In this document: positions 49,299 through 62,398 of the stretch, one piece after another
Layout of the letters: each line of letters begins with the position of its first letter
Numbering within the stretch: the stretch's first letter is position 1
Assembly: GCA_002104905.1 (NCBI GenBank)
Contig: MCFE01000159.1
Coordinates: 62,001 to 126,000 of the forward strand
Reading direction: 5' to 3'
From: Basidiobolus meristosporus CBS 931.73
Taxonomy: Eukaryota; Fungi; Basidiobolomycota
DNA length: 64,000 nt
Translations under genes and position numbers: made by a program
The notes under the pieces: generated by a model
Database searches by the model: none
Seen by the model: the letters and a program-made list of their open reading frames with translations, nothing else
What the model was told of the DNA's origin: nothing

Positions 49299-49938
49299 TT
49301 AAACAGATTCAGTGGTAATTGTACTGTTGTCGGACAAATTCCCATCTATCCTGATGTTGTTTGCTGCTAGTATACTTGCCTCGATCGCCTCCAGTATGTC
49401 CAGCTCCCAAAATCCCATCTCGTAGTCCACAAGGCCGTATCTCTCCAATATATCACACCACGCAATAACCGAATCTCGGAGATGAAACAGATGGGTTTCA
49501 CGTAGCTGGTCCTTGTCGCTCCTTGCCGTGGTGGTACGGGAGAGGGCGTACAGCCAGCAATGGTTGATGCCTTGCCAGAAACCTTCCCGATCATACACAT
49601 TGAAGGGTGCCTCGTCACTTGTCAAACCTAAAAGTCACTTATTCTTGAACTTTAATCAGCCGTTGGGAAGGGTGGAGGGGATGGTTGTAAACTAAACCTA
49701 GTGCTTCGCAGTTCGACACAACCACGTCGGTTATGCTCACCAGGACCTCGAAAGCCTTCAGAATGGCCCCCTGCTCAATGTGGTCCAGTGCTTTCTTGAG
49801 CTCGTTCTGGATCTCCTCAAAGTTGGTGGTGAGCGCGGCGGTGGTCACTACGGTTGTCGTGGAGGAGAGGCTTGAGAGATGAGTTTGCATGGGCCTGGAG
49901 GTGTTTGTCGTGAGTGTCGGAGGATTCGTGTTGGCCAT
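49299..49938 (-). CDS. Small fungal protein of unknown function, two exons
   Basis: ALDHIEQGAILKAFEVLVSITDVVVSNCEALG|LTSDE...DREGFWQGINHCWLYAL...WCDILERYGLVDYEMGFWELDILEAI. The GLVDYxxGxWE motif is one I recall from conserved fungal hypothetical proteins. One GT-AG intron near 49696-49626. Confidence 0.75.
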
Positions 49939-50819
49939 AAGAGTATTCAGATAACAAGTTGCCTGCTTGTAGTGGACATCGAACTCATATCTGGCCGATG
50001 AAAGCCACTGTCATAGGTGTGGCCAATAGGAGATGGCTGGTTGGCTGAGATACAGTATAAAGGGACTACCGCATATTCAGCTATATTGTATGAATCCCAT
50101 CTGGCATTGGAGAGGTTGTGTTTGCTCAGCAAGATCAAATGAATAGGCTACTCTGCTAGAATTGATGGCATTCTAGACAATTGTCCATATTGACTGCCAT
50201 ATGTGGCTAATCCATGCCAAAGCGCTTAGGGTCAATGATTCATACTGGCCTGCTGCCGGCTATCGTTTGTGCCAGTCGACGTTGCGATGGAATGGGAACC
50301 CACGCCAAAGGGTACATCCCATTTGATAAATCCATCGATGACATCATTCCCTGGTGTGAATTGGTGATGTATCGAGCTGGTTTCAATATCAGCAATATTC
50401 CCAATGAGTTGCATTTTGGCCTCACACCAATCACTTTGCTGGGATTCGAAAACCCTGCGTGAGAATCAGTGTAGTCTTGTTACTAGAGCCATGGTAAGTG
50501 GAGTTGGCTAGATGCGAGCTCCATAGCGTTGCCGAGTGCATGGTCTCTGAGCCACCCGAAAATCGGTAATTCATTGAAGCCGAGAGGTGACAAAGTTCTG
50601 GTTGCGTGGCATCTGGCTATGATGTGTTAGCTTGCTCTGTTGAAGTTAATTCTTGTTCATGTTATACATCCGCAAAGTATCCAAATTCTGTCACAGCTCG
50701 CAGTAATCACCAGGAAACTTGTTTGCTGGATGATTCCATATACAAAAAAACACTCCTGAGATAGTCTGGGAAGGTCGGAGGCTGAGACGCTGCTATACGT
50801 ATAGCACAAGCTTCTATGA

Positions 50820-53071
50820 GAATCTGAGGTTCTGGGAACATGTTTCTGCCTTCCTTTGCTGAGTTTGCTTGCACACTTCAATTGCAGTGCAAAATCTTTG
50901 GCAATATTCTACCAAGAAGATTCTTGACCAATCTAAGGATGTTACTTGCTTTCTATGGCCATGCTGGATACAAAGCTTGGTGCTCCCTCTGCTGAGGTTT
51001 CCTCTTACTATGCAGCCTCTCTCTGTATATTCCTTGGTTCTTATTTGGGCATTGACATGTATCATACTTCAATGCAAGTAGAAACCTAAATTGGATGCAT
51101 GATCCATGTAAAAATCAGGCAATCTATTGCACTCCCACACTTCTACTTGCATACCTAACCACACTTAGTATCTATATGTGGAAATTCTCTTTCTTAATTG
51201 ATGTAGCTCTCACTTGAGAGGTACTCTATAAGCCTGAAATAGCCATGAGCTAATTATCTGTGAGAAAGGCTACATCAGAAGAGTTTGGTTGCAGTTTTGA
51301 TAAATCTGAAAACAAAATTACAGATAAATATGAACTTTTGTGTAAACAGACTTATACTTCATCTTTTATGTTGCTAACATAATAGACTTACTCATTTGTG
51401 TCATTGATAGATGAAGCAAATTGTACTGTGACTTTGCTATCTGGGTGTTACATTTGAGTGATATAGAACATAAGCTTTGTGCTAACATCTGAATCTTCCA
51501 CCAACTTTTCTACCAAGACCATAGCTTAAAAGCTTCAGTATTTCTGCTCAAACCCTTTGCTCCTATTTGCATACAATATTTCTGTCAAAGTGTTAAGTAC
51601 TCAAGATACAAAGACTCTCAGCTGCTGCAAGAGTTTGAGAGATACTGGAAGTGAACAAGTAGATTATATGGTTTTCACTTAATGATTTATTGAATGTAAA
51701 AGTGGTGTTTATACTTTTATATGGTCTTGCCATAGTAAACACGCAGAATAGGGTTTAAGAAGGTCACAAGAACATGTGTGCAAAGTTTGGGGCTGTTTGG
51801 ACAGCTTATCTAATTTTTGTTCTCTGAGTACCTGATACTTTGGTGAAAATATTTGAAGTAAATCCCAACAAGGAATTTGGTCAGTATTCTCTAAGATTTG
51901 TAGGTAATCTGACTTCTTGATGTTGTAGCTTTGCTCACCAGTTTGGCTTCCACACTTTCTACAACAGAAGATGTGTAGGCTTTGGCAAAAGTACCTTTCT
52001 CTGCTAGATGATCTACCTCACTGAAATGTAGCACAACTAGCAGCACCTCAAACTCTTGTCAAAACAGCTGTTGCCTTATTGTCCATTCTTCTTAGCTATT
52101 ACAGGATTTGGACTGCACTTGGTAGATAGGGTTGATTTGTGAAAGCTGCAGCTTTTGTCACATGCTTCTCTGTCTCTGGATTGGTTGAGCTTTCCTTTCT
52201 TTCCCCTTACCTTTATAACTGCCAGGACCTGCATTGCTACACTGGCTGAGTGGTTCTTGAATTGTATTGTATTTTTTCCTCAAAAAATGCTGCACTGATG
52301 CTTCTGTTTCTGCCTTTCTTTTCCTGACTGGCACTCTTCCAGCTACCAGATGTTGCATTGCCACTTGTTTGGAGCTTTCAGCTTTACTTGTAACTGGCAC
52401 TTGTGAAAGTTACTTATTTTTTGCAGTGGCACCCTTGTACTTCTGCCTTTAATAGTTTCAACTATTTGTGAGATATCTTCTTTGCATATCAATGCTGGCA
52501 TTTGTTTGTCTCCCTTTCTCTTTGTAGCTGCAAATTGGGTTAGGAGTCTTGCATACATAGGAACCAATACAGTGAACAAACAAGTTATGCAGGTATCTAT
52601 CAATTATATATTAGATGAAAAAGAAGTATTTGAGTTTTTGCAAGTCCTAAGCAAAAAATGCACATAGAGTATACTTAGTGAGGCTTCAAGAGCATATGCA
52701 CAGAGTTTGTAAATTCTGGATTTCTTCCATGCAGGGTGCTGCAAATACTTGGTCTACACCATAACAGTTCATATTTCAGAAGATTCTAATTTGCATATTG
52801 CCAAGCTATTTGTTACTTACTTGGGATTTAGTATGTATGATATTAGCTGTGATTTAGAAGTAGTGATGGCCTGAAGGTAATTGTTATTATCAGACCTGTT
52901 CAAAAGGCCTCAACTCTTGCTTACAGCTTCCTGAGGTCTTTTTTGAGGTATGCCCATCAACTTTTTGAGGCTCTTTTGGCGGTAAGAGTCTTGGAGATAG
53001 GGAGAATGATCTGGATGAAAAAGTGGATTATGTGGTTTTCAATTGATGATTTATTAAACGTAACAGTAGTA
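50820..53071. mobile_element. Decayed, CpG-depleted repeat island with Copia LTR remnants
   Basis: Almost no CpG; contains a truncated LTR at 51623-51908 and an LTR-end fragment at about 52977-53071 of the same family as the 11.6-16.2 kb cluster; no intact ORF. Confidence 0.7.
51623..51908 (-). repeat. Truncated LTR of the same Copia family
   Basis: TGCTGCAAGAGTTTGAGAGATACTGGAAGTG...GATTTATTGAATGTAAAAGT...TGCAAAGTTTGGGGCTGTTTGGACA...AAATCCCAACAAGGA aligns by eye to 12728-13020. Confidence 0.88.
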
Positions 53072-53819
53072 CGCATTAGAATACCAGTAGAATGCTAGAA
53101 GATTGCCAGATGAATTCTAAGTATGGGACTTTTCATAGGGCTACCCTGTAGGTGAAATGATTGCGGACATATTTATGATATTATTAGCTAGTCACGTTTG
53201 TATATTTCCCTATTTTAAATTAACCATACTATATTCTGTCCAAGCTCACTGTCAGGATCTAATCGGAATTGGTACACTCCTGGAATTTGATAGTACTGTG
53301 AATGTATATGATCATCCACATCTGATACACATGGCGCTTCCGGAGGCACCAGAATAAACTGGAGACTTTCTACCGGAAAGTCGTACATTCAAGATTACGG
53401 GATGATTTCATAATATAGAGCACGGCAAGAGTGCTGTTGAGTCTTCCAGAGCATTTTCTGTAGTATGCCTCATTAAATGTTGATATTGCGAATGGTACCA
53501 CGTGGATTTATTTACCGAAGGTAGAACGCCCCGTCGACCTAACTGAGATTTACAACAAAAACAAAGGGGTCGACCCTACGTAAGCGATCGAGGAGCATTG
53601 GGGTGATTAGGAGCTTGGGACATCTTCAGTATAACACTCTGTCTACTGAACCTTTACAGTGGAGGAGTCAAAGTCCCGGTGGGTCTTTATTTATTTGGAT
53701 TCGGCTATCAGCGTGGTGAAAAATGGTCAGGAAAGAAAACCGACACAAAGCCCGTCGAGAGGGCTGGTTTCTACCAAAACTTCCTGACGTCTTAGCGGAT
53801 ACAGTTGTGTGGACGGGAA

Positions 53820-56800
53820 TCATTCGGACTGCTGGTCGAAACTATCGCTATCAGTATCCTTCTGAGCCGTTACGTTCACCGAGGAGAGCCTCACCAGCTG
53901 GCTAGGCGTGTGGTAGCCCAACTTCTCCACGTCTATCTTCGAACTACCATAGGTGCCCATCTCAGTCAGGAACAGGTTGGCCTTGCGCCGCTTCAGGGCC
54001 TCGAATTCCGACCACTTACGTAGAGTGATTTTACTTGGGTCGAACTCCCCTTCTTTCTTGCCGTGTGGCCCATCCTCTTGCGTCTCCCCAAGAACCATAC
54101 GGGTCTGGCCCCAGCTGAAGTCGTCGAAGTGCCAGAAGGCGTACACTGGGAGAATCAGATTCCACACCGGAAGGGAGACCAGGTAAATGATCATCCAGCC
54201 GATGTACACCAACTTCCGAGTAGTCATCACGATGAGGATGGCCGGCAGGCCTAGAATCACTGCTAACAGGGTCAACGGGATGATCGGAACCGGGCTCACC
54301 ACCAAGGAGATCACGATCAAGTAGATGGTGAAGCAAATGGCCGCCGGCAGGACGGTGGTGCCCAGTAGCTCCATGAAGATCACGAACTGCATCGAGAAAC
54401 AGAAGGTCCCGCACAGATCGCGGATCAGCACCAACTCCAGTAGGTTGTGAACAGTGGAGTTGATCCAACGCCGGCGCTGGGACAAAAGCACTCCGAAGGA
54501 GTCGGGCACCACCGTTTTGCACACCGCCTGTGGCACGAAGATCATCTTTCGCTTTGGGAAGGTTCGCAACATGAGCGTGGTGAGGAACCGGTCCTCCCCC
54601 AGCAGGAGGAGGTTCTTCTTGTGCAGTGTATTGACCACGTTCTCCGAATAGTGCTCCACCACCTCCGGACTTGCCAGGATGGGCACCCAAAGCCCGCTGC
54701 TACCCTTGGGGGCCTTGATTCGGTACATGCAGAAACACCCCGGGAGACAGGTCACTCCGCCAAACACCGACTCGAAAGCCTTGCTCTGGTGATGCGAGAT
54801 GTAGTACTCGAACACTTGAATCATCGACACCCAGCTGTCCTTCTTGTTGGCGATCTTGGTTTCTCCGCAAAGGCCCATGATCTGCGGATCCCGTACCATG
54901 CAGGACACCATCCGGGTGACCGAGTCTGTATAGACCTTGGTGTCCGCATCCACCATCAGAACAATCTCGTAGCGGTCGGCGCTCACCCCAGTGGTGCTCC
55001 AGATGGCGTTGAATAATTCGTACTCCATCTCGGTCATACGGTCATCGAACATCACATGCTGCAGAAAGGACATCAGGATGATCTGGCTATCGCGCTTTCC
55101 TCGATTCCCCGGCTTGGAGGAGCTCGCCTCTTCCGGGGTTCCACACTTGGCGATCAGGATCATGGGGACCCGCTGTTGCCGCGCCAGGGGGACGGTCCGA
55201 TGGTCGAACTTGTAGTAGCCGGCATACACCTTGGCCATGTTGTGACGTTTGGAGCCGTCTGCGATGGCGACGTAGGAGAATGGCTGGACATTCTCGGGGG
55301 AGATGACGAAATCCTGGATCATCGAGAGGCATATGTCCGGGGTAGGCACGGCGTTCTCACTCCCAGTGATCATCCCGTCGGCAATCACCAAGATCAACTT
55401 GTGGGATGCTGGGTAATCGGTGAGGGCGAGCGAGTCCAGCGTGGTGCGTATCCCCTCGGCACCCTCAGAGTAACATGTAACCAGCATGATGGTGTGGGCT
55501 AGAGGGAAGTTAAACGGCTGAAAGGAGGTTTGAGGAGGCGAGGGCGGGGTGTGTGCCCTGAATATGGCCCCTACTGAGGTGTTCGAAGACTGGCGAGAGA
55601 GCGTGTGTGAGGATCCACTTGAAGAAGAGGCAATGGTTTGCGCTGACCCCGAGTTTTTGTAAAGGGCGGGGGGCATGAGGGACGGGGTGGATACAGGGGC
55701 CATGCACGATTTGGTTTTACTCTCGTTAGCAAAAGGGCTTGGGTAGCCACCGCCTCTTTTCCCATGGTACTCGGCCACGACCGTGGGTGACGAGTAGCGA
55801 CTTGTGGTTGGCAAGAAGCCAGTGCTGGATTTGTGAGTGAGGGTGGAATTGGACCTTGGCGAGTAAATGGCCAATTTCTTTGGGTTCTCGCTCCACTGCT
55901 CTATGGCCTCCAGTCGTTTCATCCGCTCCTCGTAGGTCTCCTCTCGAAATGAGCCGAGACGCCAGCTAAGAACCCAACCAAAATAGATGGCCAGGAAGAA
56001 CTTGGTCAAGACAACCCCAAGTATCACCAATAGAGACACGTAGAGAACCACGTTGGATATGATGCACCCCATACTGGTGCTGTCTAGCACGCCGACCCGA
56101 AGTATGTCCATGGCACAGTCTGCCTCCGCTTTGTAGAAGTTCTTGAGCAGGTATGTCACGTCAGTTCCGCGATAGGGAGACTTGGGATCCTGGATCTGAT
56201 AAAATATGTCTGGTGCCTGGATACCTGGAATCAACCAGGATATCAGGTCGAAGTTCAGCACATGGCCGTTGTATACAACCAGGGCTTTGTCTGTCGATTG
56301 TATGTCGTTCCAATTATAGAATATCTCCTTGGTGTGCCGGCCGGTGGCCTTTCTGGATAGCGAGGTAGTGTGGCAGGCTGATTCAGGATAGGCGGCCAAT
56401 GGATTAGGGGGGCTATCGGTGTCTCGGATGACACAGGGGAAATATTTCGGAGCAGTCAAGTTGCTACCGACTGCATTGCTGGACATGAGTACACCATCAC
56501 AGTGCTGGTAGTGTAGTTGGAACAAGAACGATACATCTCTACCACCAGCTATCGCTGCCAGGCCTTCATTGGGTGGAAAACCTGGTACGGCGGGGTGCTT
56601 AATGTTCCCGAGTTGAAAGGCTTTACCATTCAAGTTACTCTCCATTGAACTCAACACACCCTGCCTGATGCGGCCAACGTTATCAAACCCACATATCACT
56701 TGTTGAAAGCCAAATGTCAGGAATCCTACGATGCCACAGAGAAAGAATATGATGGAACAAAGGGTCATCTTCTCCCTCCAAGCCTGCCTCACTTCAGGAG

Positions 56801-57265
56801 TCTTCATGCCTTGTGAAACAGAGAAACTGGTTAACTGACGACATCTTCTCGGATGGCTGCACCTGCTTACTAACCACAACAGTCCAATACTGGGGACGGC
56901 GCGTAGAAGGTGACGATCCTTGAAACGATGATCCAGCAATTTGGGAATCTCCTGATTTTAGACAGATGTGAGCCTTTCTTGGATATACTTGCATTCGTGA
57001 AGCTGTCGCATCTTCCGAAGAGATTCCGGCGATTTGGATGCTCTTCTCGCATTATCGCCTCTTGACGAGATAGCCGCCTAGTGGTTGAATACCTCTTAGG
57101 ACGTACCAACGATCTTCTTCTGGTGTGTGACACGGAGCTAAGGACGGCCTCTGCTTTATTCTCGGTCACTATGGTTTGGAAGCAACGGTTAACGGCTGAT
57201 CGAGCTCATTGTCATCACGCTAAATAGATACCATCAAAGGGACGCCCAATATGATCCATCTCCAT
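53820..57265 (-). CDS. CHS3: Chitin synthase, class IV (Chs3-like; division 2, no myosin motor), three exons
   Basis: VTCYSEG, NRGKRDSQ, LMVDADTKV, QVFEYYISHHQSKAFES...TCLPGCFCMYR, LLLGEDRFLT, QRRRWINS, WHFDDFSWG; RQAWREK and a cytochrome-b5-like luminal region; ATG 57265 (MEMDHIGRPFD) spliced to VTENKAEAV. Confidence 0.95.
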
Positions 57266-60200
57266 GGTGGTGCTTACGCTTATTTGAGGTAGTTCTAGCA
57301 AATGAAACAAAATCGAGTCAATAAAGCGGTGACAGGCGCACAGTTTGGGCTTCCCCACTACCTTCAAAGGGCATATACGCGAGCGGAGGCCGAGGATTTG
57401 CGTCGCTACGAGCTTGCTGATGAATGTACAAAAGAGAGGATTGGTATGCAGAAATGGGAAGGATTGAAGTATTTGAAGGAGGCTTCGAGGATGTCGCCGA
57501 GTTTTATTTCATCCTTGAAGCTCCTTGATCCATACAGATTAATCAGGGCGGAACGCGCAAGGACTACGATTTTTTGGGAGCGTTCATGGGAATGCAGCAG
57601 CTACGTCTTCCCTCATAGCTCACCTGTCACCAATTCCATGGTGGATTTCAAATGAAGTCTCTCAATCACGCCAATCATCGAGACACCCAGACTAAATTGG
57701 CGGCCAGAGATTTGCGGGAGTTGATGAGTTGATTTATTGCCGATCGCATCCTGATGGCCATTATTGGCTTGGGCAACCACGGCCGCCCACATTTGCTTAT
57801 CGACTCCGTTCAAATATACATCCAGGAAATCTCAACGAATACATGAAATGAAGTCCGTAATCATCTACAGATGTATGGTGTTTTACCAAATAGATCTCCT
57901 ACTCGCACTGACTAATTGCCAAGATTTCCTGTACGTTGAGACGCTCCCTAGGGATCACTTGCGCTTTGCCTCATGTGCAGCCTCGTTGGTACGAGCAACC
58001 TCGATCCTATCGGGCCTAAAGGTTCCGAACGGCTAGCGGAAACTCCATCAAGAACCAAGGAGCATGTTGTGTCTGGGGGCAGTATGCAAGAAACCTAGAT
58101 GAGATTCCAAGCCGATGTTGATCTGAGTCTACTCCAGAGATTACCTGGACCCCATCAATTCGTCTATCGCATCACGGCTGCACTCCCATGTAATCCCAGT
58201 GTTGGTTGCGAAGGTAGATGTGTTTAACGCCATCGAGGGTGTAAATTACTCGGTCTGGCCCAGACCAATATAAGTGGGCCTTGAGTCTCACTTTATTGCT
58301 TGATCTGCATCCTCGATCAAATTTCGATGCCTGACATGCGTAGTTTGGGACAGCCTGGTTGCGAATACCGGTAAAATAGAGTTGGTCATTTGCACATTTA
58401 CGTTAGGAATCTGTCAACAGCCTCTGCAAATCGTAAATGCTTGGTCACTGAGGTATTATAAGGTCTCACTCTGATATAAATTCAACCTATTGATTGGCTT
58501 AATTCTTGATGGGTTTGTGAACAGCCAATGGCTCCAGAGTTAGTGCCTTTGGATCTAAGGGTTTTCAGCTGGTGTCAGATCAACCAGTGAATGAATTTGT
58601 CTCATTTCAATTATACCTTGGCGTATTGCAGCCGTATCCATCAGTCTACATGTAAATATCCAGGTGTGGTGAATCTATTGGTGTTGTCACTGAACCAGCC
58701 TCGTACCTATGAAATACTATCCAACCCCTCATCCATCGTAGCCTATGTTGAGAGATCAAGAAGCTTTGACTTGGGGGAAACGTACTGCAACTTTTGGTAT
58801 GAATCATCAGGTTAAACGAAGAATGCTAGACCAGAGCATGATATGAGCTTGTACATTGTGGAGCGCGACTGAAGAAACGATATCAATAGGCAAATATTGC
58901 ATTTCATTGTTTTGTGGAATAGCCTATTTGGCTTTCCGGGTGTTGACAAATGATCCAGGCCCATTGACTGCTCCACCATTCCATAATCACTAGTCAAATA
59001 ATATTCTGGTTAACTTGTGTAACGCGAGCCATCTTTTAAATCCTAAGAATCGGGAGGACTCCAAGCAATCCTTGTGGCATAATTTAGGAACCCTTATCGG
59101 CCAAGTCAGTCTACACGAGTGTGACTGTTTCTGGATAAAAAGTGTTAACAATTGAGTCTTCGAACATGCACACTGCTCCGGCTTCCAGAATCTCAACCCT
59201 TTGACACTATCAGAAACTTACCTGCGTTTGAGCTGGGGATTTGTGGGGAGATGTCAATGGATGATGAGGAAAACCTGACAATCCATTTCGTTATGCGGCT
59301 CAGCTACGTAGGGCTGTATAGGATGAAATGGCATTCGCCCTATGATTAACGCTCAGCGTTTACTTGGTGGAAGGATGATGCTCTGTAATTCCTCAAGCAT
59401 TCATACCTTTGAACCCTCCAACTCCACATCGGCCGTGTACCGGATGGGGTTGGGGGCTAACGTAATCACCTATCATTTCGCGAATCGCAAACTTCATTGG
59501 TAGGAGCATCAGCTACGAGATATCAAGCATCTCTGGACCTGAGCCAGACTATTCTTTTGGATGAAGCGCACTCTAGTTGGGAATCCGGTCTGGGCTTTCG
59601 CCAGCCATAGTGGAGCTTTTCAGAGGCGTGGACGGACAATACTTTGGTGAGACAAACCAAGCTCCAGAAGCTGGAGACATTTGGGTGCTGATAGATCGGT
59701 CGAGTTTCATTCTCATTGAATCTTGCCCACAGACACGCATGATTATGTTCGGTCAGGTTGGGTATTTGTGTGCTTGACTGATTCGGAGATTCTAGAGTAT
59801 GAGCCCGATGTTGTATGGCATTACTCATAAATCTCATCACCAATGAGAGTGCACCCTACCGCCGATGACCTCCCAACTCACGAGGACACTTCGCATTCAA
59901 GGGAAAGACTCCACCCACTGTTGTCTGGATGAGTCATTGTGGGAGCGAGGTGAGTAGAATCCAGTCGGGAATCGGCCCACCTGTTGCTCTTCACTGAAAC
60001 TCCCTCATATGAACCTTAAACCTTCTGTGCTTCGCCCCTGAAATTGATCTTGGCCGGTAGCGCACATATGCCCTATGTTACTCAGACTGGGATTGCTGAG
60101 GCATTGTCTCCAGGTTGTGCAACCAAGGCCTAGCTAAGTGCCTCTTGATTTGGAGGGTGCCACCAATCAGCGCACGGGAACTGATTGGTGTAGCCACAAC

Positions 60201-60711
60201 AAACTATCACCAAACTGATGATGCCACCTCATAACCCTCGATTTTTGTTAGAAAACTGGATTAGGGGACTTGCCATAGTTAATCTTACCACTTGATTCTA
60301 GGGGAATTTTTTCCTCAATCAAGTCGCTCAGAGTCAGTTGACCTGGATATCAACGTAATCTATGCTGCATAAGATATGCGGTAATGGAGGGAATCCCTAG
60401 TGATTTTATGATGGCTTTCCCGCTTCACACCTGATTTAGTAAATTCGCAGGCTCTGACTACGGGGCTAATAAAATCAATGATTGAATGAATTTTTCGAGG
60501 GTCCATAATATTGCTGGCGAAAATACTCGGCCAGCACGTATTTTCTTGGTTCACTTGGTTTCCACCGTATCCAACCTAGGCCCCTTCCTCTCGTAAACGT
60601 GCCATCGTTCGATTGATTTTGTTTCCACTGGTTTGTCCAAGTCTCCTCCGCCTTTCCAACCACCTCGCCCTTTCTAACCCCGCTGGCTCTTGCCTCTCAT
60701 CTTGTCCGTAG

Positions 60712-61771
60712 ATGTCTGACATTTCCGCCGATATAGGTGCCATAGATGCTTGGATTGAGCAACTCAAGGAATGCAAACAGCTGCCAGAAGCTGAGGTGAA
60801 GAAATTGTGCGACAAGGTAACCTGATTTTTCATCTCGCTGTCTCTCATCATCCCCTCTTACTCACGAAGCCATCCTTGTGTTTAGGCCAAGGAGGTCTTG
60901 AAAGAAGAGTCAAACGTGCAATATGTCAAATGCCCAGTAACCGTGTGTGGTGACATCCATGGTCAATTCCACGATCTGATTGAGTTGTTTAAAATCGGAG
61001 GCAATTCCCCCGATACCAACTACCTGTTTATGGGTGACTATGTAGACCGTGGCTATCACTCCGTCGAGACGGTGACTCTCTTGGTGGCCATGAAGCTTCG
61101 CTACAGAGACCGTATTACCATTCTTCGTGGGAACCACGAGTCTCGCCAGATTACACAGGTCTATGGTTTCTATGACGAGTGCCTGCGTAAGTATGGTAAC
61201 GCCAACGTCTGGAAGTACTTCACCGATCTATTTGACTTCCTCCCGTTGACCGCTCTTATAGAAGATCAGGCAAGTCCCCCCACCTCCCCCGTTCCTGGCC
61301 CACTGATGCTTACACAGCCTATATTAGATCTTTTGTCTTCATGGTGGGCTGTCGCCTTCCATCGACACTCTTGACAACATCCGCTCCCTCGACAGAATAC
61401 AGGAGGTTCCACACGAGGGCCCCATGTGCGACTTACTGTGGTCTGACCCTGATGATCGCCCAGGATGGGGCATTTCACCCAGAGGTGCGGGCTATACATT
61501 TGGTCAGGACATCTCCGAGGCATTTAATCACAACAACGGCCTTACCCTGATCGCTAGAGCCCATCAGCTTGTCATGGAAGGCTATAACTGGAGTCAGGAT
61601 CAGAACGTAGTCACCATCTTCAGTGCGCCAAATTACTGTTACCGCTGCGGTAATCAGGCGGCGATCATGGAGATCGACGAGCACATGAAGTACTTCTTCC
61701 TCCAGTTCGACCCTGCTCCCCGAAGAGGCGAGCCACATGTCACCCGTCGTACGCCCGATTATTTCTTGTAA
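60712..61771 (+). CDS. PPH21: Serine/threonine protein phosphatase 2A catalytic subunit, three coding exons
   Basis: [35 protein letters not shown] and the diagnostic C-terminal TPDYFL; introns near 60817-60885 (GT-AG) and 61270-61327 (GC-AG). Confidence 0.97.
61270..61327 (+). other. GC-AG intron in PP2A catalytic subunit
   Basis: CAG|GCAAGT donor and TATTAG| acceptor; removal gives the conserved [18 protein letters not shown]. Confidence 0.9.
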
Positions 61772-62398
61772 TCCCACCCAAATTACACTTTTTTATTGTT
61801 TTCAAAGCCTTTCATCTCTCTTCATTTGTCACCAAGTTGATCACTTCGTCGTCGATTTGGCTTGAATTGAAAGAACAAAAAGCCATGTATCATAAACTAA
61901 TTGATAAAGCAAAAGAATGGTATGTTCCCTTACCCACCGGAGCAAACACACTTCTCATAGGACCGATTCGGAATTTGTGTGGGATTGGATTGCATAGATC
62001 TCCATCGTCGCTACCAACGCCTATCACGCTTGCAACCTTCAGCCGCCCTGGGGTATTCCCTTGTATCCCTTGTTGCTCGTGGTTCGCCACAGTTAGACTA
62101 TTCCCTGGGCCCTTTGTCTTCCTTTCCGCTTGGACATGTTTGTTACTTTGGATGTTGTGGCCCAGATTAGCACTAGCAATCTTCCGTGTGCGCTGCGTCA
62201 AAGGCTGTAGTGCCAAGTTCGTGGGGATTCAATTTAGGCCAAGGTTCATCGTGAGACAACATACGAACCTTTAGGTATGACTGAAAGGGGTGTAGCATGG
62301 TATGTTTATATGAAGCGCATTGAATGGGTACAAGGGGAGTGGTTTATTATTGATGTTAGCTGATGTGAGTGGAGATTCGGTTTGGAATCCATGGTAAA

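Noticed and set aside
50232-50445. Possible minus-strand exon (VFESQQSDWCEAKMQLIGNIADIET...GFIKWDVPFGVG) after a CTGAT...CAG acceptor
   Set aside because: Protein-like, but I could not link it to a start exon or any family; left uncalled.
54031-55765. Long alternative-frame and antisense ORFs (up to 219 aa) over the chitin synthase, and similar ones over the RasGEF
   Set aside because: Shadow ORFs expected from GC-rich coding sequence with few off-frame stops.
57302-58036. Pseudogene-like frame with TGA stops (RELMS*FIADRILMAIIGLG...) and an intron-like segment at 57873-57923
   Set aside because: Reading through the stops and splicing does not give one consistent frame, and no homologue is recognisable.
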